NCBI GenBank assembly: GCA_902470765.1
Contig: CABRHW010000009.1
Location: forward strand, 259-64,258
Source: an uncultured Collinsella sp.
GTDB lineage: Bacteria > Actinomycetota > Coriobacteriia > Coriobacteriales > Coriobacteriaceae
Reading direction: 5' to 3'
Length of the DNA: 64,000 nt
Within the stretch, counting starts at the first letter, position 1. Every line of letters starts with the position of its first letter. The notes beneath the pieces are model-generated. The model did no database searches and was not told where the DNA came from. It saw nothing but the letters and a program-made list of their open reading frames with translations. Both the position numbers and the translations under genes were made by a program. This document shows positions 10,601 through 18,630 of the stretch, one piece after another.

Positions 10601-10987
10601 CGAAAGACCGTAGCCCTCGTCAAAGCGATGCGGAATAAACGGCGTAACATCGGCGCCAAACGTGCGCAGTGCCTCGGTCAACAGGCAGGTCGACGTAATA
10701 CCGTCAACGTCAAAATCGCCAAAGACCGCAATGTGCTCGTGGTTGCAAATAGCACGCTCGACGCGGTCGGCAACGACCGACATGCCCGGGATAATGAGTG
10801 GGTCGGCCCAGTCGCGATCGAGCGAAGGCGTCAAAAACAGCTGACCTTCTTCGATGGATGCAATGCCGTGCGCGACCATAATACGCGCCACCAGCCCGGG
10901 AATGCCCAGGCCAGCCGAAAGCTCCTTTTCGAGCTCGGGGTTTTGCTGAGCGACCGCCCAGCGATGCGTCGTCTTAAGCGATGACAT
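7700..10987 (-). CDS. recJ: ssDNA exonuclease RecJ fused to a C-terminal RecQ-like SF2 helicase
   Basis: GDFDVDG, TVDNG, TDHH, RGSGRS and GGHAGA, followed by GTGRGKS, DEAHH and QMSGRAGRDG. Confidence 0.9.
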   Translation of the reverse strand: MSSLKTTHRWAVAQQNPELEKELSAGLGIPGLVARIMVAHGIASIEEGQLFLTPSLDRDWADPLIIPGMSVVADRVERAICNHEHIAVFGDFDVDGITSTCLLTEALRTFGADVTPFIPHRFDEGYGLSRAALDRVNELARPQLIVTVDNGIAAKEEVSYLESLGIDLVVTDHHEPSDQVPQGVPLTDPKLEDEGPSRELAGAGVALKLVQVLGERLGKPSYWRSLIEVAALGTVSDMMPLTPENRALVAEGIQQMRVTARPGYIALAALAKADLSTITADGLSFSLIPRLNAAGRMADPKLALDLLLARDPIEASALAAELEEINRQRREIEAELTRDAMAKVEETYDGGRAIVVGGEGWHEGVKGIVASRLTNRYHVPALLFSIEDGIARGSGRSVGKVNLFDAVERCSDLLIRRGGHAGAVGVTIEASKLDEFRRRLSAVLSELPAEDFEDTDEVAATVDLSELNIETIEQISRLEPFGQGNKVPLLAAEGVTMCDRAVVGKTGEHMRFVATDGAASVPAIMFRVPQIDKLINCDSAVDLVFEAVAEHWQGRVKPKLMIKDALVRDTTLPSVDDPACELRRGVQPADSGLRLESRKRETLAQLSYTELTRSLIHSFIGSNQPHRAQVEALDALADHQSVLAVMGTGRGKSLIFHVHAAREAVLRGRASIFVYPLRALVADQAYHLSSTMAALGIGVGVLTGETVEAARDDVFAGLASGRTGIVLTTPEFLSIHRDRFARSGRIGFVVIDEAHHAGLAKGGDRSAYLDMPDILKALGDPVVMAATATATAPVVAELARVLPITRTVVDETVRENLQLEDDRDLASRENRLVSIVATGEKTVIYVNSRDQSVALAKTLRKRVPDCATRIAFYNAGLARSDRRRVEEAFRDGSLSCIVSTSAFGEGVNLPDIRHVVLYHMPFGAIEFNQMSGRAGRDGQPAVIHLLYSSRDARINERLLDCYAPERDELVTLYRALQTMWRSNRGKTGDDSFSASDIDIAQMCLAIDARTPVDERSVASGLGIFEELGFCRVSGFDDTRRIAMAENPGRVQLSRSIRYLEGLRSRMEFSAFRSWALDSCASDMLAKVNRPIVPRA

Positions 10988-11156
10988 AGGCGCCCACCCC
11001 CGATAGGGGCAGGTCGCCGCGATACCTCTCACGGTTCATAGCGATGAGTCCTCTGTGTATGCCCGCTTCGGCAGGCAGATCTGTTGAACGGATTTATTAT
11101 ACCGTGCAGAGCAGACGCAAATCGCCGCAGCACGCCGCGGTTTCGGTAAACGATGC

Positions 11157-11174
11157 CGGTAATAGCCTCGAAAT
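11157..11174 (+). repeat. att core (integrase-proximal copy) CGGTAATAGCCTCGAAAT
   Basis: Identical to 19418-19435; ends 36 nt from the integrase stop codon. Confidence 0.9.
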
Positions 11175-11210
11175 TATGAATCAGGGTTCGATAACGCCCG
11201 ACCTGCGGTT

Positions 11211-12407
11211 TTAGGCGCTATCGGTGCTGTTTCGCGCGGGTTCGGGCGGGTCGCTCGGGCTGGAAAGGTTGCAAATCGGTTGCCCGCCCGAGGGTGCGGA
11301 AAACGCATCATCAAGACGGAGGGCGACCTCGCGGCGGGCATCATGCATCAGGTGTCCATATACGTTAAGAGTCAAGCTCACGTCACGATGCCCGAGACGG
11401 TTAGCAATAGACAAGACATTCACCCCAAGGGCGATGAGCAGGGCAACATGGCTGTGCCGCAGACCGTGGGGGCGTATCCGATGAACGCCAGCCATAGGCG
11501 CATGGCGGTCGATGATACGCCCAATGGTATCCCTAGCGAACGGGTCACCGTTCCAGCTAAGGACAAAGTCCGTCACAACGTTACGGCGCTGCACGCCGCG
11601 CCAGCGTTCGAGATATTCAAGCGTGAGCGCATCGAGGGCTATCGCACGTTTGCCAGCTTTCGTTTTTGGCGGGGTCAGTTTCCACTCGCGGACATTACGG
11701 TAATACATCGAGCAGTCCACCGACAGGACACCCTCGCCGAAGTCGATAGCAGACCAGCGCAGGGCTTGGGCTTCACCCAACCGAAGCCCCGTCATGTAGA
11801 GCAGCCAAAGGCACGTGAAGCCATAAAGCCCGTAATACTCGGACGTGTCGAAGGTAGCAATTACACGCTCGAACTCGTCCCGCGTCCAGAAATCGACCTC
11901 ACGGTGCCGTTTCGGGATATTGCCGACCTGCCGCGCGGGGTTGCGCTGCAAAAGCCCCAACTGCACCGCCATATCGAGAACCGTAGCGAAGTGACCGAAC
12001 ACGAGACGAACGTAGGAGGGCGCGTGACCCTCCAGAAGCCCGTTCTGCCACCGCTTCACCATCGGCGGGGCAATGTCCCGCAACCGCAGGCGATCGAAAG
12101 CGCCGAAATGCTTTCGAGCAATCGCGGCGCGGGCATAGAAAGTGCTTTCGCGGACACGCGCCCTATAGTCAGGCTCCCAATAGGAGCGGTAGAACTCACC
12201 GAATGACATGGTGGAGTTGCCGCGAACGGCGGTCTTGGAGAAGTCAGCCATATACGCATCGTAGGCGGCTTTCGCGTCCTTCTGGGTCTTGTAGCCGCGC
12301 CCCCAATGACGTACGCGCTTGCCCTCCGCATCGGTGCCGAGGTTAGCCACGAAATACCAACTGCCGTTGCGTTTGTCGCGGTATACGTTACTCGACTTGG
12401 GCATCAT
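11211..12407 (-). CDS. int: Tyrosine recombinase/integrase
   Basis: TGLRLGEAQAL, KTKAG, HGLRHSH, RLGH and YGH catalytic motifs; N-terminal arm-binding-like region (GYKTQKDA). Confidence 0.95.
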   Translation of the reverse strand: MMPKSSNVYRDKRNGSWYFVANLGTDAEGKRVRHWGRGYKTQKDAKAAYDAYMADFSKTAVRGNSTMSFGEFYRSYWEPDYRARVRESTFYARAAIARKHFGAFDRLRLRDIAPPMVKRWQNGLLEGHAPSYVRLVFGHFATVLDMAVQLGLLQRNPARQVGNIPKRHREVDFWTRDEFERVIATFDTSEYYGLYGFTCLWLLYMTGLRLGEAQALRWSAIDFGEGVLSVDCSMYYRNVREWKLTPPKTKAGKRAIALDALTLEYLERWRGVQRRNVVTDFVLSWNGDPFARDTIGRIIDRHAPMAGVHRIRPHGLRHSHVALLIALGVNVLSIANRLGHRDVSLTLNVYGHLMHDARREVALRLDDAFSAPSGGQPICNLSSPSDPPEPARNSTDSA

Positions 12408-12603
12408 GCGCCCCCACGGGGTCAACGCCGATTATCTCGGCAACAGCGGACGCGGGGACGCGCCCGACCTTGCGGGAGCCGTAGAACCCGAACCCCTTGG
12501 AAACCATGAGAGCTTTCGCAGCCCTGATAATGTCAGCAGACTTGGACGCACTGAAACCCAGCGCGATTAAATCGGTCTTATCGACCATTACACAGCTAGC
12601 CAT
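12388..12603 (-). CDS. Excisionase-like protein (DUF3173-like)
   Basis: DLIALGF...IIRAAKALMVSKGFGFYGSRKVGRVP..AVAEIIG pattern; overlaps the int start. Confidence 0.75.
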   Translation of the reverse strand: MASCVMVDKTDLIALGFSASKSADIIRAAKALMVSKGFGFYGSRKVGRVPASAVAEIIGVDPVGAHDAQVE

Positions 12604-12606
12604 AGG

Positions 12607-13383
12607 CTACCAGTCCTTCCCTATCTTCGTGTACCGAACCTTACGCGGGGCGTATCCACCGCCCTCACCGTAAAGGTCTGGTATCAATTGGTCGTATTCC
12701 TTCGTGAAAGCCACCGTATAGCCCTCGAAAGAAAGAGGTTCGAGCGTGGTGAAACGCTCTTCCACGGGCTGAATAAGGTTCTGCGAGCGGAAGAACTTCT
12801 TCTGCTTGTAAGAACCCTCGTCAACGTCCTTGCTGAAATACTTGGAGATATAGCGACCAACGTTATAGCGTTGGTCAACGTCAACGCGGTTAATCTTGAC
12901 GAAGCCGTGACCCCACACCTCGCGCAGCTCGGAGAGCCTGATATACGGCATACCGAACAGGACTACGTGGTAGTGGATAGCCCCGCGCTTCTGGGCTTCC
13001 CAAACAGCCAGATAGCGCACTTTCGTCTTATCCGTTCCATACACTCGGCGGTTAAGGCGCTTGATAAACTTGCGAAACTCACGGTTGCAATATTTAATAT
13101 CGGTTACGTTATCGGCGAACGTGAGCGTTAGAAACTTGGTCGAATCATCGAAATTGCAGTCGATAAGGCGGGCTATCTCCCAACGAACGCCCCTGTAGTG
13201 CCTTTGCCGCCGTTTCGCGGCATCGTAGTAAGCGGCTGCATCGCGGTTGCGCCCACGTTCGCTTTCATCTTCTGAATCATCATCGCGGCGGGCTTCTGGG
13301 TTCATGCGCCCAGCGGGAGCCGAGTACTCCCAAACCTCAATCGTCGTGGGCGTCTCGATGGTCTTGACCCATTCGAGCGCCAA
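12607..13383 (-). CDS. Rolling-circle replication initiator / relaxase (HUH, two-Tyr)
   Basis: Motif I FLTLTF, motif II RGAIHYHVVLF, motif III YISKYFSK. Confidence 0.85.
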   Translation of the reverse strand: MALEWVKTIETPTTIEVWEYSAPAGRMNPEARRDDDSEDESERGRNRDAAAYYDAAKRRQRHYRGVRWEIARLIDCNFDDSTKFLTLTFADNVTDIKYCNREFRKFIKRLNRRVYGTDKTKVRYLAVWEAQKRGAIHYHVVLFGMPYIRLSELREVWGHGFVKINRVDVDQRYNVGRYISKYFSKDVDEGSYKQKKFFRSQNLIQPVEERFTTLEPLSFEGYTVAFTKEYDQLIPDLYGEGGGYAPRKVRYTKIGKDW

Positions 13384-13473
13384 CTGGTATATACCACCTT
13401 CCGCACATCCGCGAAAAAACTGGTTCCAACCAGCGGGAACCGCCCAAAACGGGCGAACTTCCGCGGACAGATG

Positions 13474-13609
13474 TTGACATATATATCAAGTAAAGTAGGC
13501 CGCCGTGCGCCCGCTCGGGGCGGGGGGGTCGCTCCGCTCGGCTGGGCGCTCCGCGCCCGCCGCCCCCTTTCCCGCCCCGAGCGTTCGCCCAGCGGCAGGG
13601 GCTTTACTT
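13474..13609 (-). other. Putative double-strand origin/oriT: nick-like CTTG^ATA plus GC-rich stem-loop
   Basis: Minus strand reads ACTTTACTTGATATATATGTCAA; IR pairs 13512-13524/13571-13583 and 13488-13495/13602-13609. Confidence 0.65.
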
Positions 13610-13610
13610 C

Positions 13611-15086
13611 CTAATCCGTCACACTTTCGGCGCTTTCTTCCTTCTCGGCGTTGTCCGCAGATACCCCGTTACGGCGTTGAGCGGCGATATAAAGCCGTTT
13701 CAGCTCTTTCGGGTAATCGACCTTCGAGTAGTCCGCAAACGGGGCTTTAAAAGGTCTTGGAGCGTCCCAGCCGTCAAGCATGATATAACCCGTGCCGCGT
13801 TCCTCGATGGGCAGGAAGTCGAAAGAGCCGCCGAAGGTCATACGGTAGCCCTCGTCCGAGAGCGAACCCAGGGACACGCGAGCGCCCAAGTTGTCGCGTA
13901 TGTCGGTCGATATGGTATCGGCGCGGGGCTGCTGCATGGCGAGGATAACGAACACGTTGGCGGCGCGGGCTTTCAGCACCAGCTGGGTCAGGTTGTCCCA
14001 GACCTCGGTAAAGGTCTTTTTGTCAGCCGCAGCCTTGAACGCCGCCACCTCGTCAAATATCAGGAACACGGGGTTAAGCCCGTAGGTAAAGGCGTTGGCA
14101 CCGAAACGGAAACGCTCGGGGTCCTGCATATACTCGTAGCGCCTATCCATTTCCTCGCGGCAAAGGCGCACCACCTTGGCAATCTGGGCGGGGGATACGC
14201 CAACGCGGTCGGAGCCTATGACATGCGAGAGCGAAGCCAGCTCGGCGTTCTTGGGGTCGCAGATATAGACCTCACCCGCAAAGCCGTTGGAATTGCCCAA
14301 CCGCATAAACTCGGCTATGAGGTAGTAGAGGAAGGTAGACTTACCGCCGCCAGTGCCGCCAGCTATGAGCATATGGGGCAGGTGGGCAAAGTTCCACGAC
14401 AGCTCGCCAGTGAGCGGGACGGAATCGAGCGCCCCCGTAGGCTCGGCGGCGAGCAGGCGGGGAACAGCCTGCAAGCGCACATCATCGCGCAGACGGAAAA
14501 CGTAATCGGTAGCGCCAACGCCAGCAGACTTGGAATCGAGCGGGCGACCTATCACGGAGCAAAGCCCCATGTCCTCAAGTTTGGAGAGCTTGGAGGTATA
14601 ACCGTTCCCATCGTCAAAGGCTCGGACGGTCAGCATATTGCCGCTCACGAGGACGCGGAGACGGAGCGAGGAGTCGATACGCTCGCGTTTGGTGCCATTC
14701 GACAACGTGTCCTCATGCGAGACGTAGAGCTTGTTCGCATAAAGGAACCGCTCCAAGTTGCGGACGGTCGAGCCGCACGGCACGAAGCGGGAGCCGAACA
14801 GCGCGACATACAGGACGAGCCAGAGCGAGAGCGCCAGCAGCGCCACAGCGGGGACGAGCAGCGGCAAAGTGAATAACGAGCGCTCGCAAAACATGAGCAG
14901 GTTGAAGCCGAACACGAAGGACAGCCCAGCCGAGAAGAGGACGAAAACAGCCTTGAACGAACCCGAGGGCGCGGGCGAGGTCAGGGAAACGTCAACGCCC
15001 TTGCGAAGCAACTCGGTATCGCGGGCATCGAGACGCTTTCGAAAATGATCGAAAGCGGGCAGGGAACGCAGGGAATCAGAGAGCAT
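13611..15086 (-). CDS. FtsK/SpoIIIE-family DNA translocase (TcpA-like coupling protein)
   Basis: Two N-terminal TM helices, PHMLIAGGTGGGKS, DPK, LIFDEVAAF, KARAANV, MQQPRA, RDNL. Confidence 0.9.
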   Translation of the reverse strand: MLSDSLRSLPAFDHFRKRLDARDTELLRKGVDVSLTSPAPSGSFKAVFVLFSAGLSFVFGFNLLMFCERSLFTLPLLVPAVALLALSLWLVLYVALFGSRFVPCGSTVRNLERFLYANKLYVSHEDTLSNGTKRERIDSSLRLRVLVSGNMLTVRAFDDGNGYTSKLSKLEDMGLCSVIGRPLDSKSAGVGATDYVFRLRDDVRLQAVPRLLAAEPTGALDSVPLTGELSWNFAHLPHMLIAGGTGGGKSTFLYYLIAEFMRLGNSNGFAGEVYICDPKNAELASLSHVIGSDRVGVSPAQIAKVVRLCREEMDRRYEYMQDPERFRFGANAFTYGLNPVFLIFDEVAAFKAAADKKTFTEVWDNLTQLVLKARAANVFVILAMQQPRADTISTDIRDNLGARVSLGSLSDEGYRMTFGGSFDFLPIEERGTGYIMLDGWDAPRPFKAPFADYSKVDYPKELKRLYIAAQRRNGVSADNAEKEESAESVTD

Positions 15087-15597
15087 GGGAGAGAACCCCC
15101 TTACGAGAGAAAACGGAACGGGAGCCATCAGAGTTGACGGCGGTAACGGTGACGGAGAGCGGCGAGCCGTCATGCAGGGGCGGCGCAACCTCGAAGCAAG
15201 TCCAGAGGGCGGCGGTAGAGCCGTCATAGCCGACCTCGGCACCGTGACCCGCGAATGACCCCAGAACGGGACGGGAGCCGACCGAAGCGGCGTTGACGGT
15301 GAGCGTGGCGGCATCGGACGAGGTCAGGACGGCAAAGAGCAGGGCGGGGGCGGCACCATCGGACGGCACCAGACGCAGGGAGAGCGCGGAGCCGTCTGGG
15401 AGGTCGAAACGGTCGAACTCCTTGGCGTTGAGCGGGACGGCGGCGCTACCCCGAAGGTACGGGGCGCAGCACTCGAAGGGCGGCAGTGCTGGGGGGACGG
15501 CGGCGGCGATACGGGCAGTGGCGAAAACGAGCCAGCCGAGGACGAGTGCGTACAGCACCGCCACCGAGACGAAGAACACACGCAGGGGCTTGGGCAT
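15076..15597 (-). CDS. Membrane-anchored hypothetical protein
   Basis: N-terminal hydrophobic helix; overlaps the FtsK start; RBS present. Confidence 0.6.
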   Translation of the reverse strand: MPKPLRVFFVSVAVLYALVLGWLVFATARIAAAVPPALPPFECCAPYLRGSAAVPLNAKEFDRFDLPDGSALSLRLVPSDGAAPALLFAVLTSSDAATLTVNAASVGSRPVLGSFAGHGAEVGYDGSTAALWTCFEVAPPLHDGSPLSVTVTAVNSDGSRSVFSRKGVLSHAL

Positions 15598-15607
15598 GGC
15601 GCACCCC

Positions 15608-15802
15608 CTAGTATCCGAACGGGCTGGGGTTGCCCGAAGCAGCCGAGAGCGCCCAAATGACAGCGGCGAGCAGGAGAACGAGAACGAAAGCGCCGAGGTC
15701 GCGGGCTATGGCGGGGTGACGATAGCGAAAATCACTGAACGAATCGGCGTTAAAACGGGCTTTGGCGATTATTTCTCGAACGACTTGAATAAAATAAGCC
15801 AT
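15608..15802 (-). CDS. Small single-TM protein (64 aa)
   Basis: AAGGAG RBS; C-terminal hydrophobic helix; co-oriented in the element. Confidence 0.6.
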   Translation of the reverse strand: MAYFIQVVREIIAKARFNADSFSDFRYRHPAIARDLGAFVLVLLLAAVIWALSAASGNPSPFGY

Positions 15803-15842
15803 AGTAACGGCTCCTTAATCGTAACGGTTCGGTTGTGTATGA

Positions 15843-15893
15843 AAGAAAGCCGCCCCGCGTCTCGGGATTGGCGTTTTGGGACGCAGGGCGGTA
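15843..15893 (-). terminator. Intrinsic terminator inside the element
   Basis: Minus strand CCGCCCTGCGTC...GACGCGGGGCGG followed by CTTTCTTTC. Confidence 0.6.
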
Positions 15894-15924
15894 GCTGGAA
15901 TCGGCAGCGGTTACGGAGTCGCTA

Positions 15925-16260
15925 CTACTCCTTGCCGCGCGGCTGGTTCGCCAGTCGGCAGGCATCAGCGGACGCGGTGACGGCGATACGACCGTTACGA
16001 CCGACATAGGGTCGGGCGTTGAGGTTGGTAAAGACCACCTCGGTACCCGTTGGAATCTCGTCCTCGGGGTCGAACAGGAGCGCGGGAGCGCCCTCGACCA
16101 GCACGTTCAAATGCTCATAGCCGTTTTGGAGGTCAACCACATCGAAGCGGGTACCGCTGATGGTATCGGTGCGCTGATTAGTGGCGCGGTCGTACTCGTA
16201 GGCAATCGAGTTGCCAGCGAGGAAGAAACGGTGACCGTTCAGGTCGAGCTTGTAAGCCAT
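15925..16260 (-). CDS. Putative OB-fold ssDNA-binding protein
   Basis: Small beta-rich protein (YEYD...VVFTNLNARPYVG..GRIAVTASADA) like those of Rep/FtsK elements; strong GAAAGGA RBS. Confidence 0.55.
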   Translation of the reverse strand: MAYKLDLNGHRFFLAGNSIAYEYDRATNQRTDTISGTRFDVVDLQNGYEHLNVLVEGAPALLFDPEDEIPTGTEVVFTNLNARPYVGRNGRIAVTASADACRLANQPRGKE

Positions 16261-16275
16261 GATTGATAGTCCTTT

Positions 16276-16956
16276 CTACTGGTTCTGGTTGGGCTTGGAG
16301 GTCGTGAAGCTGTAGGCAATCTCGCCGTTGAAGGTATTCGAGTTGCGCACATCGCCCTTAATGCGGTACGCGTCCTTGGCGGTCGTTCCGACAACACGGG
16401 CGCTGCCGTCCTCGGCATCCTGCATGGTCGAAACCTCGTCAGCAGTCCATACGCTCTTCCCCTGCGTGACGGTGGCGGTCAGGTTGCCGGGGTTGCGGGA
16501 TGCATCACCAACGGGCTTGCCCCAAAGGTCGATATCAGAACTGTCGTTAATGGCGTTGACAAAGCCCGCGTGAGTGGCGGTGGCGGTCACGGTATCGCCC
16601 GTGCGGATAACGCCAGCCACGTTAACGTCATACTCGCCCGACTGGTCGAAATGCCCCGCGTCAACGTTCGAATACTCGATTCCCGTAGGGATGGTGACCG
16701 TAAACTTACCATTGTCGTGTTTACCGCCCTGTTTATCGGTCCACTTGCCGCCGTGGGCATCAACCGTGGTCTCAACGGACGCATCAACCTTTTCTAGGAA
16801 GTCGGTATCGTCGCTATGCGATTCCTGAGTTTTGACGGCATCGCGCACGCCGCCAGTCGTTGCGGCGAACGCTGCAACGGGGGCGATGGAGCTGCACCCG
16901 ATAGCGACAGCCATAGCAGCGGCGGGCAAAACCTTACCCAGCTTGTTCTTGTACAT
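16276..16956 (-). CDS. Secreted beta-rich protein (WxL/pilin-like)
   Basis: Signal peptide ending VAAFA; FTVTIPTGI near the N-terminus; terminal strand FNGEIAYSFT. Confidence 0.7.
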   Translation of the reverse strand: MYKNKLGKVLPAAAMAVAIGCSSIAPVAAFAATTGGVRDAVKTQESHSDDTDFLEKVDASVETTVDAHGGKWTDKQGGKHDNGKFTVTIPTGIEYSNVDAGHFDQSGEYDVNVAGVIRTGDTVTATATHAGFVNAINDSSDIDLWGKPVGDASRNPGNLTATVTQGKSVWTADEVSTMQDAEDGSARVVGTTAKDAYRIKGDVRNSNTFNGEIAYSFTTSKPNQNQ

Positions 16957-17050
16957 AATTCTTCTCCTTTCGGGAGGGGTTTCGGTCGCACACCTCGCAC
17001 GACCCTAGGATATGGACACGTCTCGGGCAAAGTGATCGAGACGTTGTCGC

Positions 17051-17923
17051 CTACTCTACCGTGAGAGCCCAGGTAAACGCGGACTGCCCAGCGGGCTTGG
17101 AATGGTCGGAAGAGAGGACGCTGCGCCACACGGTCATAGCCGAGTACCGACCGGCGGGAACTTTCTGGTTCAACTCAATGGTATCGACCTCGGAGCCAGC
17201 GGCGAGCAGCTTGCCGTAACCCGTGGAATCGGGCGCGTTCCACACGCACTCGGAATCGTCGAAGGTGCCCGAACCATCGAAATCGACATACACCGAGGGG
17301 GATGAGTCTACGGGATTGCGCCCAGTCGCGCCGCCGTGGGTGCAGGTCGCAGGCAACGAAAGCTCTAGTGGCTGCTTGAGGGCTTGAGACTTCCAAGTCA
17401 CCTCATCATCACCCGAGTCATAGCTCGCATAGCGTATTGAGACTACAGGGGCGGCAGAGCCGCCCGAGGACTTGGCACCATCGAGGAAACCGAGAGAGCC
17501 AGAGCCAGAGCCAGAGCCGCAGAACGTGAGCGTGAGCGCGAGGAACAGCGCGGCAAGGAGCAAGGGCAGCAGGAGCAGCCAGCGGCGAAGGTGGAGCACT
17601 CGCACTGGGGAGCCAAGCAGTTCTCCCGGTAAGTCTACAAAGGCAAGCCTAACGCACCCGCCCTCACGAACGAACACACCCCTACGCTTCTTAGGTTTAT
17701 GAAGGAAATGAACGGTGCGCCCGACCAAGACAGGCGGTAAACCGCGGAACGTGCTGGTCGAGCGGCGAAAAGAGAGGGCGAACATCTCCCAGCCCGGCAC
17801 TATATCTGCATCAAAGTCGGCGGGGAACGGCTCACGTTCACCCGACAGACACTCCCGCCGCGTGTCAGCGAAACCCCATTGGCGGGCAACCGTTATGTCT
17901 ACATCGGGTTGCATTAAAACCAC
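17051..17923 (-). CDS. Membrane-anchored extracellular Ig-like protein (start uncertain)
   Basis: RRWLLLLPLLLAALFLAL TM helix, GS linker, C-terminal IELNQKVPAGRYSA...FTWALTVE. Confidence 0.65.
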   Translation of the reverse strand: MVLMQPDVDITVARQWGFADTRRECLSGEREPFPADFDADIVPGWEMFALSFRRSTSTFRGLPPVLVGRTVHFLHKPKKRRGVFVREGGCVRLAFVDLPGELLGSPVRVLHLRRWLLLLPLLLAALFLALTLTFCGSGSGSGSLGFLDGAKSSGGSAAPVVSIRYASYDSGDDEVTWKSQALKQPLELSLPATCTHGGATGRNPVDSSPSVYVDFDGSGTFDDSECVWNAPDSTGYGKLLAAGSEVDTIELNQKVPAGRYSAMTVWRSVLSSDHSKPAGQSAFTWALTVE

Positions 17924-18558
17924 TCGCTATCCTCGGCATTGGTGCCGTTAGGATACAGGTCATCAAAGATGGACGGGTCGAAACCACCCTCATTATCGAG
18001 CGCCTTACGGTTAATGATACGGTCTGTCTCGGAGGGCACGCAGCACGCACTACCCGAGATAAGTTCAGACGGGTCAAATGCGGCAGGAGCAGCGCCAACG
18101 CCGAGCAGTTCGTCAGTGGGCAACTTGAAGGGCAGGACGCGCTTATCGAGCGCGAGCGGGGCACGCAGCAACATTGCGAGCGCGAAGTTCAGATATACCC
18201 CACGCTCCTTGAGCTGGTCGAACTCGGGCTTGATAATATCGCGGAAAGCGATAAGCCTATCGTACGTCTGCTTCTCCAGAGAGAGGGACGTACTAAAGCG
18301 AACGCCCATGTTCGGCCATGAGGGGATACCGAGCTGGGACGGGGTGAGCTGGGCAAGCTTCACCCAGTCGATAACGTTCAGGAGGTTGCCGACACGCTGA
18401 AACGCGTACTTCAGAGCGGGCTCCATAGTGGGTGCCGAGGTACCCGAACCCTCGTCCGAATGGGTGAAGCAATAGAGCAGGGTGTAAGAGACTTCACGAC
18501 GAAGCCACATAGACTTCTTGACGCGCGGGGGGCGGTTCGAGGTAACGTTTAAAGCCAT
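17914..18558 (-). CDS. Hypothetical protein, possibly a ribbon-helix-helix regulator
   Basis: Strong RBS GAAAGGACTAACTATC-ATG; segment FSTSLSLEKQTYDRL resembles an RHH strand-helix. Confidence 0.6.
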   Translation of the reverse strand: MALNVTSNRPPRVKKSMWLRREVSYTLLYCFTHSDEGSGTSAPTMEPALKYAFQRVGNLLNVIDWVKLAQLTPSQLGIPSWPNMGVRFSTSLSLEKQTYDRLIAFRDIIKPEFDQLKERGVYLNFALAMLLRAPLALDKRVLPFKLPTDELLGVGAAPAAFDPSELISGSACCVPSETDRIINRKALDNEGGFDPSIFDDLYPNGTNAEDSEWF

Positions 18559-18630
18559 GATAGTTAGTCCTTTCAGTAGGGAACGGGTGCCGCGCCCACT
18601 ACGGCAGGCAGGCGCGGCTCAGACAGGCGG

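Noticed and set aside
11155..11185. dif site
   Set aside because: GCCGGTAAT...ATTATG is superficially similar, but the spacing between the arms does not fit the 11-6-11 dif layout.
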